Shown: positions 15,567-24,897 of the stretch, one piece after another
How positions within the stretch are numbered: position 1 is the stretch's first letter
How the letters are laid out: every line of letters starts with the position of its first letter
The notes under the pieces: generated by a model
Told to the model about the DNA's origin: nothing
Database searches by the model: none
Seen by the model: only the letters and a program-made list of their open reading frames with translations
Translations under genes and position numbers: made by a program
IMG/VR virus record: IMGVR_UViG_3300031519_003798
Coordinates: 1-26,072 of that record
Reading direction: 5' to 3' (one strand)
DNA from: a virus
Taxonomy: Duplodnaviria > Caudoviricetes
DNA length: 26,072 nt

Positions 15567-16005
15567 TCAAAAGTGGGCAGAATTTTATCGTAGCGAAAAA
15601 AGCAATACTAGATTTGTCTTCATAAAGGTAATGACGACTGACGGTAAGCATTTTTTTTGTAAAGAATATGAGGAATGGTATAGCGTAAAAGAGTACTGCG
15701 AAGAAAATTCCGTCTTTATTCAGGATTTGCACTTGCAATTTCGCTCTAACCGATGTATAATAGATGTAGCGGACTCAGAAGCTATCTACATTGTCCGCTC
15801 GGTATTGGGAGCTATGGGGCAGAAAACGAAACATTATCTTACCGTGGGGGTTCTGTCCGATGGTAAGATGGTGAAGAGTTTGTATGTTGTTCCAGAGTTG
15901 ATCAAGGAAAAAGAACATGAAGACTCACTAGAGAACTGTTTTGAAGAGGCTTTGATCTACAATGAAGAAAAGAAAACGCTCAGAGAAGAGCAAGTACAAA
16001 CATGA
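15559..16005 (+). CDS. Hypothetical phage protein
   Basis: ATG 15559 after AAGGA, overlapping the upstream stop. Confidence 0.75.
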   Translation: MDNQKWAEFYRSEKSNTRFVFIKVMTTDGKHFFCKEYEEWYSVKEYCEENSVFIQDLHLQFRSNRCIIDVADSEAIYIVRSVLGAMGQKTKHYLTVGVLSDGKMVKSLYVVPELIKEKEHEDSLENCFEEALIYNEEKKTLREEQVQT

Positions 16006-16417
16006 GTCTACGGGTGATTTTTGTACTTGTGCAGCCTATGTGGCTGAAATTATGTGCAAGAAAAACGCAGAGAACAAGAACGTGGGATCGCTCCCCTTTA
16101 AATTCTGGAGTAAGAAACCGTGGGATTGGACGTTTAAGCGTCAACTGTTCGCTGCAAATAAGCTGATAGAGGAGTTTAGTGAGGAAGCGGTTGTAAAAGC
16201 GATTAACTCTCCTGAGTTCAGGAAGATATTCTCTCTCCATCATCCAAGTGCCAAGGGCACCATTAAGAAGTACCACTTCATTGTTGAGGAACAAAACAAA
16301 AAAGAAAAACAAGAATTAGAGTATGTGAAAGATCCGCAACATCGGAAAAAATCATATGGTAAAAAGAATCTCCTACAAAGACTGAGGGATATAGAGAATG
16401 GCGAAGAAAAAGACTAA
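15962..16417 (+). CDS. Hypothetical basic phage protein
   Basis: 151-aa ORF coupled to recA. RBS GAGG. Confidence 0.75.
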   Translation: MKKRKRSEKSKYKHESTGDFCTCAAYVAEIMCKKNAENKNVGSLPFKFWSKKPWDWTFKRQLFAANKLIEEFSEEAVVKAINSPEFRKIFSLHHPSAKGTIKKYHFIVEEQNKKEKQELEYVKDPQHRKKSYGKKNLLQRLRDIENGEEKD

Positions 16418-17564
16418 GGAAACTGGTGACGTTTTAATAGACGGAATCGTAAAGAAATATGGCTCAATTATTGAGTCTGGAACAAAAGTGCTAAAGACCC
16501 TTGACACCTACGAAGTCCTAAGCGTGTCTCCCGCTTTAGACCTCGCCCTTGGGGGTGGGATTAGAGAGGGTCAGTGCGTTGGAATGACGGGCGATCCTAA
16601 GACCGGCAAGACGACTACGGCCCTCTACTTTGCCGCTAAGGCACAGGCGTTGGGTAAGCGTGTGTTCTACCTAAACACTGAGGGTCGGATGACCAAAGAG
16701 AATTTTCGCGGCATTAAAGGGTTGGATGTTGACGCGATTGAGATTGTTCAGGCTACAGACGAAGAGCCTGTTGTGTCCGCCGAGAAGTATCTGAACACTC
16801 TCGAAACCCTAATAAAGAGGGAGCCTAATCTGGTCTGCATTGTAGACTCAGCATCCAACATGACCCCTAAAGACGAATTGGACGGAGAGATTAGAGCGGA
16901 TGTTCGCAATAAACTCCCAAGGCTCTTGTCCATGTTCTTTAAACGCACAAGCGGCGATGTTTCTCGAATGAAAGCTATCGTCATCTTCATTACCCACAAC
17001 ATTGCGAATACAAGCGGGTCACGCTACGCCCCTCTTAAACACGCAGACTGCGGCAACATGCTTCAGTTTCAGGTTGGTACGAATATGATTATCACCCATC
17101 GTGGCAGATGGGAAGTCCCTAAAGAGTCTGGTAACCATGTGGGACAAGTGGTGAACTGGCGTATTATGACCTCTGCCGCTGGAGGAACCCCAAACAGTAC
17201 CGCCGAAAGTTGGCTTAGATATGGAGTAGGTCTAGACGAAGCACAAGAGATCTGTCATATAGCCACCCAGTTCGCCCTCATATCAGCTAAGGGTGCTTGG
17301 TACACGATCAACTGCCTGATTGAAAACAAGGACGATCCGCTAATCGCTAAGTGGCTCCTAGACCACGAGATTGAAGAAAAGCTCACGTCCGAACAAATTG
17401 ACTCCATGACCGACAAGCAGTTGGAGAAACATAAAGAGGCCAACGAAGAGAAGGTCATTAAGGCGTTCAAGTTCCAAGGGATGGATAACTTATCTACGTT
17501 TATCACTGAAGAAGAGGGGCTTCAGGAGTTTGTCATCGCCAAGGTAAGGGAAATCTTACTATGA
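16398..17564 (+). CDS. recA: RecA/UvsX-like recombinase
   Basis: SPALDLALGGG, Walker A GDPKTGKTT, Walker B CIVDS, YGVGLD, KGAWY...FQG. Confidence 0.93.
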   Translation: MAKKKTKETGDVLIDGIVKKYGSIIESGTKVLKTLDTYEVLSVSPALDLALGGGIREGQCVGMTGDPKTGKTTTALYFAAKAQALGKRVFYLNTEGRMTKENFRGIKGLDVDAIEIVQATDEEPVVSAEKYLNTLETLIKREPNLVCIVDSASNMTPKDELDGEIRADVRNKLPRLLSMFFKRTSGDVSRMKAIVIFITHNIANTSGSRYAPLKHADCGNMLQFQVGTNMIITHRGRWEVPKESGNHVGQVVNWRIMTSAAGGTPNSTAESWLRYGVGLDEAQEICHIATQFALISAKGAWYTINCLIENKDDPLIAKWLLDHEIEEKLTSEQIDSMTDKQLEKHKEANEEKVIKAFKFQGMDNLSTFITEEEGLQEFVIAKVREILL

Positions 17565-17977
17565 AGGTGACTGGGCTGAATGGACGGGAATATAATCTTG
17601 ATCTAAAGAAATACGACAAGAAGAACGCCCGTTGCTCTAAATATCACGCTAGAGCCAGAGAAATTCTAAAAGAAAATTTTGGGGGATACTCTATATATGA
17701 AGAGGTAAAGCTACCCGGAAGTACAAGCTCTGCAAAAAAATCCGTTTTATACCTTGACTTTCTCGTTCCAAATGCTAAAATAGGGATAGAGGTTCACGGT
17801 AATCAACACTTTGAGTACGTTCCATTTTTCCACAAGAGCAAGGCTGGGTTTTTATTCTCTCAAATGAGGGATAGGGATAAGGCAGAGTGGTGCGAACTGA
17901 ATGAAATCGAATTGATAGTTTTCAGATTCGACGAGCCTGATGAGAATTGGAGGAAACAAATTGAGTACTGCTGCTGA
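17561..17977 (+). CDS. PD-(D/E)XK endonuclease (Vsr/DUF559-like)
   Basis: YEE...LYLDFLV...IGIEVHGNQHF...RDRDKAEWCELNEIELI. Confidence 0.82.
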   Translation: MKVTGLNGREYNLDLKKYDKKNARCSKYHARAREILKENFGGYSIYEEVKLPGSTSSAKKSVLYLDFLVPNAKIGIEVHGNQHFEYVPFFHKSKAGFLFSQMRDRDKAEWCELNEIELIVFRFDEPDENWRKQIEYCC

Positions 17978-18419
17978 AAGACTGACACTGTTCTTAAAAC
18001 AGATAGATGAATACATTACGATTACGCATCTTGGCGTGACTAAGTTTCATCAAGACTGGGCGATGGCTGAAACGTTTGACATTGCGAAGATGGACACCCT
18101 CACGCAAGACGACTGCTTCAACTACGCCTTCATGCTGTATCAATATGCGGACCACGTTGGGGGCGAGAAGGCGAAGTTGCAGAATGTAGCCAGATGGTGC
18201 GACGGTAGCTTAAATAGTATCATGGCTCAAGAGTTTGACACTCAGATGATAGCCAAGCATGAGATCAAATACGCAAACGTCCTAAAGGGGAACGAACTCG
18301 CGAAAAAGATTGATGAGTGGAAGCAAAATGCAGAATCTAAGTTGGCTGTGGTAGTAAGCCGCGAGTATAACCTACGCCGAAAGGCCGACATTTTAATAGA
18401 AAAGGGGAAAAGAAGATGA
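17961..18419 (+). CDS. Helical/coiled-coil protein, possibly a UvsY-like recombination mediator
   Basis: TTG 17961 after GGAGG. All-helical and close to recA. The function is inferred from position only. Confidence 0.6.
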   Translation: MSTAAERLTLFLKQIDEYITITHLGVTKFHQDWAMAETFDIAKMDTLTQDDCFNYAFMLYQYADHVGGEKAKLQNVARWCDGSLNSIMAQEFDTQMIAKHEIKYANVLKGNELAKKIDEWKQNAESKLAVVVSREYNLRRKADILIEKGKRR

Positions 18420-18862
18420 GCGAAATAGAATCTCTAGACACGTTCTTCCTATCGCTGTCAGACGAACAAAAGATGGCCCTAGTGAAGGTTTTAACGACGA
18501 GTAGCAGTCCTAAGCCTGAAGTGGTGGAGACGCCCACAGAGGCGGTTCAGACTCAAGCTAAAGCTCCTACGGCGAAACGAAAAAGGTCTACCGTAGTCAA
18601 TGAAGACTTTACCGTAACGAGAGAAAACTCTATAGGGGCCAAGGCTCCGGTAAGGGCTAAGGCGAATCAGTGGAAAGATACTGGAGAGGCAAAGGAAGAG
18701 GGCTTTGACCCTAAACGCTTTGAAGAGATGGGGATGGCACCGAGGGAAAGGCCAGAAAAAGTCATGGTAGAAAAAACTTGCCACGTCTGCCAGAGGTCAT
18801 TCACAATGGACCCAGATGTAGTGTACGGCGAATTCGCAAGATGTAATCGTTGCATAGGATAA
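18416..18862 (+). CDS. Hypothetical protein with C-terminal zinc ribbon
   Basis: CHVC-x16-CNRC at the C-terminus after a disordered linker. Confidence 0.75.
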   Translation: MSEIESLDTFFLSLSDEQKMALVKVLTTSSSPKPEVVETPTEAVQTQAKAPTAKRKRSTVVNEDFTVTRENSIGAKAPVRAKANQWKDTGEAKEEGFDPKRFEEMGMAPRERPEKVMVEKTCHVCQRSFTMDPDVVYGEFARCNRCIG

Positions 18863-18871
18863 GGACTCTCA

Positions 18872-20323
18872 ATGGATCAAAAATTATCTGATGCAGGTGC
18901 GGAACGAGCTGTACTTGCAGGACTATTTAGCTACGGGATTGATGCCTACGTAGAAATCAATGACTTACTTACTCATAACAGCTTTGCCCACCAGAACAAT
19001 CAGGTGATCTATAAGTGTCTTGAGAAAGTTCTTCTGAGCGATGCCGCCGTTGACCTGCCAGCTATTCTTTCCGCAGCTTCTCAGCTTAGCCTATCCGACG
19101 TTGTTGGTACTGAGCAAGAGCTGGGGTACATACGTGACCTGATGGCGTTTCCCGTCAAGCAGGATAACGTTCTATTCTTCGCTGCTCAAATTAAGAAGTT
19201 TGAGTTCGCTCGCCAAGCAAAGAAGATTGCTAAGCGGATAGAAAAGGGCATCGACGATATCAATGGGGATGAGTCTATTGATGATATCATCGGCCTTGTT
19301 GAAAACCCTCTAATGGAGTTTCTGCGAGACGACGAGACGGGTCAGAAGCCAGAGAAGCTGGGCGAAGGTGCTGACGAATATCTTCAATTTTTGATCGAGA
19401 ACAAGTGCGATCAGATAGGTCTATCCTCTGGGTACCCAAGGTTTGACGCCATTATCGGTGGAGGTCATCGTCGAAAGTGTGTAGATGTTGTTTCCGCTCG
19501 TCCCGGCGTTGGTAAGTCTGTCTTTGGAGACAATGTGGCCCTGCACAATGCACGCAAAGGTATACCAGTTCTAATGCTGGACAGCGAAATGAGCAAGGAT
19601 GACCACATGAACAGGTTGGCCGCTAATATTAGCGGAGTCCCAATCGGAGAGATTGCTACCGGCAAGTTCTCGGAAGATGAAGAAAAGTTCATTAAGGTTA
19701 AAGCGGCCTTCAAAGAACTCAAAGAGATACCATACACTTACGTCAGCGTTGCTGGCTCTCCGTTTGAGACCATTATAAACACGGTCAAAAGATGGATTCT
19801 ACGAGAGGTGGGTCAGGATGAGAACGGCAGAACCAATGATTGTTTAGTAGTGTATGACTATCTCAAACTAATGTCTTCATCGAGCATTAACAATAACATG
19901 CAGGAATATCAAGCTCTTGGATTTCAAATTACAGCCTTGCATAATCTTACTGTAAAGTACGACTTCGCGTGTCTAGCCTTTATTCAGTTGAATCGTGACG
20001 GTATCACGAGAGAAGATACTTCTGTCGCCAGCGGTTCCGACCGAATTATTTGGCTCTGTACCTCTTTCACAATTTTTAAACTAAAGTCTGCGGAAGAAAT
20101 GGCCGAAGATGGTCCAAGTGGAGGGACACATAAGGGAGTCAACTTGAAAGCTAGGCATGGCTCAGGTCTGACAGACGGCAACTACATCAACTTTAACATG
20201 CAGGGCGAATTTGCCCGCATCGTAGAGGTAAACACTAGAGATGAGGCTAGAACGGGACAGGGTGGCATCCTAGAAGGTGCTGACGAGCCATTTGAAGATA
20301 ATGAACCCCCTTTTGACTATTAA
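18872..20323 (+). CDS. dnaB: Replicative DNA helicase DnaB
   Basis: AERAVLAGL N-terminal domain, Walker A ARPGVGKS, SEMS, VVYDYLKLM, IQLNR, KARHG. Confidence 0.96.
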   Translation: MDQKLSDAGAERAVLAGLFSYGIDAYVEINDLLTHNSFAHQNNQVIYKCLEKVLLSDAAVDLPAILSAASQLSLSDVVGTEQELGYIRDLMAFPVKQDNVLFFAAQIKKFEFARQAKKIAKRIEKGIDDINGDESIDDIIGLVENPLMEFLRDDETGQKPEKLGEGADEYLQFLIENKCDQIGLSSGYPRFDAIIGGGHRRKCVDVVSARPGVGKSVFGDNVALHNARKGIPVLMLDSEMSKDDHMNRLAANISGVPIGEIATGKFSEDEEKFIKVKAAFKELKEIPYTYVSVAGSPFETIINTVKRWILREVGQDENGRTNDCLVVYDYLKLMSSSSINNNMQEYQALGFQITALHNLTVKYDFACLAFIQLNRDGITREDTSVASGSDRIIWLCTSFTIFKLKSAEEMAEDGPSGGTHKGVNLKARHGSGLTDGNYINFNMQGEFARIVEVNTRDEARTGQGGILEGADEPFEDNEPPFDY

Positions 20324-20335
20324 GGAAGGAAAGCT

Positions 20336-20704
20336 ATGAGTGAGATATTTAAACCTTGGGGAAAGTATGAGGATATTTTCAGATCGGACGGTCTTGTTCT
20401 AAAGAAAATAACCGTAGACCCTAAGCAGAGGCTATCGCTACAAAGTCACGAAGGGCGATCTGAGTTTTGGGTTGTTACCAAGGGCGAATGTTTATGCGAG
20501 ACCACTTCTTGCAAGTTCGAAGGCGGGGAAACGACCATCAACCGTATAAGGCTAGGGGGGTGCGTGATCATTCGTCTTGGGGAACTTCATCGGCTTATCA
20601 ACGACACTCCTAGAGAGTGTGAAGTCACAGAGCTTCAGTGGGGGAACTGTAGGGAAGATGATATTCATAGGTTGGAGGATGACTACTCAAGAAAGGATTT
20701 ATAA
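20336..20704 (+). CDS. Cupin, mannose-6-phosphate isomerase type II C-terminal-like
   Basis: KPWGKY, RLSLQSHEGRSEFWVV, HRLIN, EDDIHRLEDDYSR. Confidence 0.9.
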   Translation: MSEIFKPWGKYEDIFRSDGLVLKKITVDPKQRLSLQSHEGRSEFWVVTKGECLCETTSCKFEGGETTINRIRLGGCVIIRLGELHRLINDTPRECEVTELQWGNCREDDIHRLEDDYSRKDL

Positions 20705-20910
20705 TGAGCGGAGTCACGATTAAAGAAACCTACTCTTTCATTACTCCTCATGGTACAATTTGTGGAGATGGTTTTTCTCAGTTTACTACTCTTGGGGAGG
20801 CTATGAGTCACCAAAGGTATAGGGGTGACTGTCTTAAGCACGATGTGTCACAGTGGAAGCTGTATAAAACAACTACAACCACAAGTGTGAGACGGGAGAT
20901 GGTCAGATGA
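20704..20910 (+). CDS. Hypothetical protein
   Basis: Coupled small ORF, RBS AAGGA. Confidence 0.65.
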   Translation: MSGVTIKETYSFITPHGTICGDGFSQFTTLGEAMSHQRYRGDCLKHDVSQWKLYKTTTTTSVRREMVR

Positions 20911-21179
20911 TAAAAGCACGATGGTATCGACATAAGCATCGCCCAAACTTTGTTGATTCAAGCACAGAGATAGAAAGTTGCGAAGTAGAAAATACAGAAC
21001 AATTGCTTGATGTTGACTGGTTAAAGAAATACACCGAATGGGATAAGTATCATAACTTCTGCCAATCCAAAGACGGCAAACTTTTAATGATTGAAAACGA
21101 GGACGGTAGCTGGTGGTGGGTGGCCGCTCACCTTACAGCAGGAAAGACAGACCTCCCAGTAGTAAGGATGAACAAATGA
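20907..21179 (+). CDS. Hypothetical protein
   Basis: Coupled small ORF (ATGA overlaps), Trp-rich. Confidence 0.65.
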   Translation: MIKARWYRHKHRPNFVDSSTEIESCEVENTEQLLDVDWLKKYTEWDKYHNFCQSKDGKLLMIENEDGSWWWVAAHLTAGKTDLPVVRMNK

Positions 21180-21355
21180 GCGTGTGTGAGGACTGTAAGA
21201 ACTGCACTATCTATGAAGATAGATCAGAGGATATGAGGCCGCCGTTTGCGGTCTGTAATTTAGGGCACGATATCGTTGAGGTAGACATTATGGAGTTTAC
21301 CCCACTTAAAGATTGTAAAGAGGATTTTGAAGAAGGAGAGCCGGACTATGTCTAA
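21176..21355 (+). CDS. Small Cys-rich hypothetical protein
   Basis: ATG 21176 after AAGGA. CEDCKNC...C...H...C. Confidence 0.6.
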   Translation: MSVCEDCKNCTIYEDRSEDMRPPFAVCNLGHDIVEVDIMEFTPLKDCKEDFEEGEPDYV

Positions 21356-21818
21356 GGTTTTACTGAGAGAATATAAAGAACATATTGAAGGGTACGGACT
21401 CGTGTCAGACCTGAAGAACGACACTTGCTTTGGCATGACCAAGGGGGAAATTGGTCAGTACGCGAGAGTATGGACCGAGTTTGAAGAAGACCCTTCTCTA
21501 CCAAAATACGAGGTTGGGTCAAAAGTTTGCGGCTTGTACGACATTCCCTACAAAACAATCCCAAGGGGAACCCTCTCTGTCTACGGAGAGTTAAAAGAAT
21601 CTCTTGTTATAGACCACGACGACGACGCCATGAGCATCATTGAGGGTGTAAATGTTCTCTTGGAAGACCTCGGCGTCAAACTTGTAGAGAATGACGAGCT
21701 GAATGAAAAAGCGTGGGACAAAGGCTCTGGTCAAATGTTCTACGACATCCAAAAAATAGCTCCCGACTGGACCGACTATGACGAACGAGAAGATCAACAT
21801 TGGGAGGAAGAAGAATGA
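21348..21818 (+). CDS. Hypothetical acidic protein
   Basis: ATG 21348 after AAGGAG. Confidence 0.7.
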   Translation: MSKVLLREYKEHIEGYGLVSDLKNDTCFGMTKGEIGQYARVWTEFEEDPSLPKYEVGSKVCGLYDIPYKTIPRGTLSVYGELKESLVIDHDDDAMSIIEGVNVLLEDLGVKLVENDELNEKAWDKGSGQMFYDIQKIAPDWTDYDEREDQHWEEEE

Positions 21819-21976
21819 CGATTTGGGCAATAATAATAGTCAGCGTGTTATACCTACTAATTTCAATGGGTAACATTCAGCAAGGGGATTATCCTCACGC
21901 TTTAACATGGTTCGCTTACGCACTAGCAAATATGGGTCTTCTTTGGTATGAGTACAACAAATACGCAGGGGTCTAA
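21815..21976 (+). CDS. Small two-TM membrane protein (53 aa, not in ORF track)
   Basis: RBS GGAGG, ATGA overlap. MTIWAIIIVSVLYLLISMGNIQQGDYPHALTWFAYALANMGLLWYEYNKYAGV*. Confidence 0.75.
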   Translation: MTIWAIIIVSVLYLLISMGNIQQGDYPHALTWFAYALANMGLLWYEYNKYAGV

Positions 21977-22970
21977 ACTTGACCTCAATATGGTCAAGGA
22001 AATAGTTTTTAATGATATTTTTCTCCTTTTAGACAGTTTTGACTTGCAATATACCCAAGATGGGGATAATATATTCATGTGCTGTCCTATTCACTCAGGC
22101 AGCGATAATCCAACTGGATGCTCTTTTTCCCACAAGTTCAAGTTGTGGAAGTGCTGGACTCATGGGTGCCATGAACACTATGGGTCAGACGTATTTGGCT
22201 TTGTAAGGGGCGTTCTTGATTCGGATGATTTTGGGACTGCGTTGGGTTACATCAGCAAACTTTATAACTTAAACAACGCTAGAGGGTTTGAACCCAAAGA
22301 GGTTGTTCGTAACGAGCTGACAGACATCAACAAGATTTTCAACAAGCCCGACCTCGTCAAGTTGGCACTACAAGATTTTAACAAACCAAAGACTACTGGA
22401 GAGTCTCTTTACTTCGAGAGTCGTGGATTCAAAAGAGAAACCCTTAAACTCTTCGGGGTTGAAGATTGTACAGATAGGCACTCACCAATGAAGGGGCGTG
22501 CCATCGTCCCAGTACACTTTGAGGGTAAAGAGATTGGATTCATTGCTAGATCAACGAAGGTGTGGCTCAACCCAAAGTATTTGTTTTCAAATGGATTAAA
22601 AAAAACTGATTACTTCTACAACTGGGATAGGGCAATTGAACACGCAATCCAGACTAGGACTATGTTCTTAGTAGAAGGTCAGGGCGATGTATGGAAGATG
22701 TTTGAGGCCGGAGTGGTAAACTGCGTAGGGCTGTTCGGCAAGACGATCTCAGAACAACAGAAGCGTTTGTTATTAACGAGTGGCGTTACTAACCTAGTGA
22801 TACTAACAGACAACGACTCTGCTGGACGTGAGTCAAAGATTAAGATCAAGCGAGAGTTTAATCGTTTGTTCAGGTTGATATTTCCCAAGATGCACTCAAA
22901 GGACTTGGGGAATCTAATGATAGATAAAATACAGGTTGACATTCTCTCAGGATTGAAAGGTTTATATTGA
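21948..22970 (+). CDS. dnaG: DNA primase (CHC2 zinc finger plus TOPRIM)
   Basis: CPIH...WKCWTHGC, PKYL, LVEGQGDV, TDNDSAG. Confidence 0.95.
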   Translation: MSTTNTQGSKLDLNMVKEIVFNDIFLLLDSFDLQYTQDGDNIFMCCPIHSGSDNPTGCSFSHKFKLWKCWTHGCHEHYGSDVFGFVRGVLDSDDFGTALGYISKLYNLNNARGFEPKEVVRNELTDINKIFNKPDLVKLALQDFNKPKTTGESLYFESRGFKRETLKLFGVEDCTDRHSPMKGRAIVPVHFEGKEIGFIARSTKVWLNPKYLFSNGLKKTDYFYNWDRAIEHAIQTRTMFLVEGQGDVWKMFEAGVVNCVGLFGKTISEQQKRLLLTSGVTNLVILTDNDSAGRESKIKIKREFNRLFRLIFPKMHSKDLGNLMIDKIQVDILSGLKGLY

Positions 22971-23791
22971 TGAAGATTGTAGGAATTTCTGGACGGAAAC
23001 AGGCGGGCAAGAATACTGCTGCCAACATTTTTCACGGAATAGTTCTAGAAAATTATGGTTTAGCTCAGGATTGGAAGATCGACGACAAGGGTGCCTTGCA
23101 AGTGCTAACTCACGATGCGGTGGGCAACTTGGGATGGGGAGAGTTCGACGTAGCTAGGAAAGACTCTGAATTTGCTATGTACGCCGAGAATAACATGTGG
23201 CCCTATGTAAAACTGTATACCTTTGCTGACGAACTGAAGAACATATGTGTCAATCTCTTCGAGATTCCTTTTGAGTGTGCTTGGGGAACTGACGAACAGA
23301 AGAGTACTATCCAGAAGCATCTCCTGTGGGAGAACATGCCGGGGGTAATAACCCCTGAATTGGACCCTTCGGAAATAGTAAGAGACTATGGGGATGTTGA
23401 CCCCACGCTCTTAGGGCTAACAGTTCACGAGCCGGGACCAATGACTGCTCGTGAGTTCATGCAGTTCCTTGGCACAGAAGTAATGCGTAAGATCTTTGAG
23501 CCTATCTGGGTCAACGCTACTATCAAGAAAATTAAAGCAGAAGGGACTCAGTTGGCTATTATCGCTGACGTTCGCTTCCCCAATGAAGCTAAAGCCATTG
23601 AAGACGCAAATGGCTTGCTAGTGAGACTGAGCAGGAGTCCGTTAGAAGATGCTCACGATAGTGAAACTGCTTTGAACGACTACCCTTTTAAACATCACAT
23701 GGACAATCAGAATGTTGAGTTGCATACTTTTATTCAGATAGCTCGAACCTTCTTCCATAATAACCTAGCGTCAAACGGGAGGCCCTCTTGA
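22970..23791 (+). CDS. Deoxynucleoside monophosphate kinase
   Basis: GISGRKQAGKNT, FADELK, REFMQFLGTEVMR, ADVRFPNE, HDSETAL. Confidence 0.92.
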   Translation: MKIVGISGRKQAGKNTAANIFHGIVLENYGLAQDWKIDDKGALQVLTHDAVGNLGWGEFDVARKDSEFAMYAENNMWPYVKLYTFADELKNICVNLFEIPFECAWGTDEQKSTIQKHLLWENMPGVITPELDPSEIVRDYGDVDPTLLGLTVHEPGPMTAREFMQFLGTEVMRKIFEPIWVNATIKKIKAEGTQLAIIADVRFPNEAKAIEDANGLLVRLSRSPLEDAHDSETALNDYPFKHHMDNQNVELHTFIQIARTFFHNNLASNGRPS

Positions 23792-24828
23792 TAGTAACCT
23801 ACGTCCGTAGCTCTAGCTACAATAATTACGATTTTTGCCAGATGCAGTATTTCCTAACCTACAATCTAGGTTGGCCTTCCGACAGCGGAAAAAAGGCAGA
23901 GATGGGAACGATGGCCCATAAGGCTATGGAGATTTTGGCTGGACTCAAGAAGTTTGAGCAGGATAAGCCCAAAAACAAGTACTTGTCCGTAGAAGATGAT
24001 AAATGCGGAAAGGTTCGCATCCATAAGGATAGGCTACGCACAGATGAGTATATAGACGAGCTGACAGATCAGGCCATCGAAGTTTATGCTAAAACATCTA
24101 AACATAAGTACTCTAAGAAAGAGAGAGGGGAAGTAAGGGCGACTGTTGAGTGTTTCTTGACTTGGAATAACAGTCAGTTCGACCCTAGAGAAAGGGACAT
24201 TTACTATCCAGAGCCACACTTTGATATTCCAATCGAGGAAGATTGGGCAAAGTTCGACTTCGTGGATGCAAACGGTGTCACACAGAAAGGTCAGCTCGCC
24301 ATCAAAGGGACGATTGACCTTGTAACGCTGTTGGACAAAGACACTATTGAAGTGGTAGACTGGAAAAGCGGTCGCCGTCTCAATTGGGCCACTGGCGAGG
24401 AAAAGACGTATGACAAAATGGTGAATGACCCTCAGCTATTGCTCTATTTTTATGCAATGTCGAAGATGTTCCCAGATTTTCCTAACAGAATTATGAGCAT
24501 CTTTTTCTACAAGGATACTGAAGGGAAAGTTGACCCAACTCCCTATAGCTTTTGCTTCACCAAGGATGACGAGGACAGATTCTTGGAAATGCTTAGAAAA
24601 CAGGTTGAAAGCATTAGGGAGAATGTTTCCCCAAAAGTCCTAGACCCTAGAAGATCAGACTTTAGATGCAAGTATCTGTGCCACTTCTGTAAGAACAGCT
24701 TCAAGGGGGAGACGGACAGTATGTGTATAACTATAGAGAAGGAACTCAAGAGAGACGGAATAGAAGAGGTAGTGAAAAATCGTACAGCACCCGGATTTGA
24801 CATAGGATTCTACGAAAGTCCCGGATAG
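23788..24828 (+). CDS. PD-(D/E)XK exonuclease (Cas4/AddB-like, probable Fe-S)
   Basis: SSSY...C, GTMAH, GTIDL, VVDWKSG, QLLLY, and C-terminal CKYLCHFC. Confidence 0.9.
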   Translation: MIVTYVRSSSYNNYDFCQMQYFLTYNLGWPSDSGKKAEMGTMAHKAMEILAGLKKFEQDKPKNKYLSVEDDKCGKVRIHKDRLRTDEYIDELTDQAIEVYAKTSKHKYSKKERGEVRATVECFLTWNNSQFDPRERDIYYPEPHFDIPIEEDWAKFDFVDANGVTQKGQLAIKGTIDLVTLLDKDTIEVVDWKSGRRLNWATGEEKTYDKMVNDPQLLLYFYAMSKMFPDFPNRIMSIFFYKDTEGKVDPTPYSFCFTKDDEDRFLEMLRKQVESIRENVSPKVLDPRRSDFRCKYLCHFCKNSFKGETDSMCITIEKELKRDGIEEVVKNRTAPGFDIGFYESPG

Positions 24829-24897
24829 AATCCTCTATTTGCTCACTTTTGTGTATAGTATTGTGACACTTTACCCATACTATTTACGGAGACAAAT

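Noticed and set aside
10379-20323. Inteins or group I introns in nrdA, nrdB, recA or dnaB
   Set aside because: The ORFs are continuous, of normal length and lack splicing motifs.
23788-24828. CRISPR-Cas system suggested by the Cas4-like nuclease
   Set aside because: No repeat-spacer array or other cas genes were seen. Solo Cas4/AddB-like exonucleases are common in phage replication modules.
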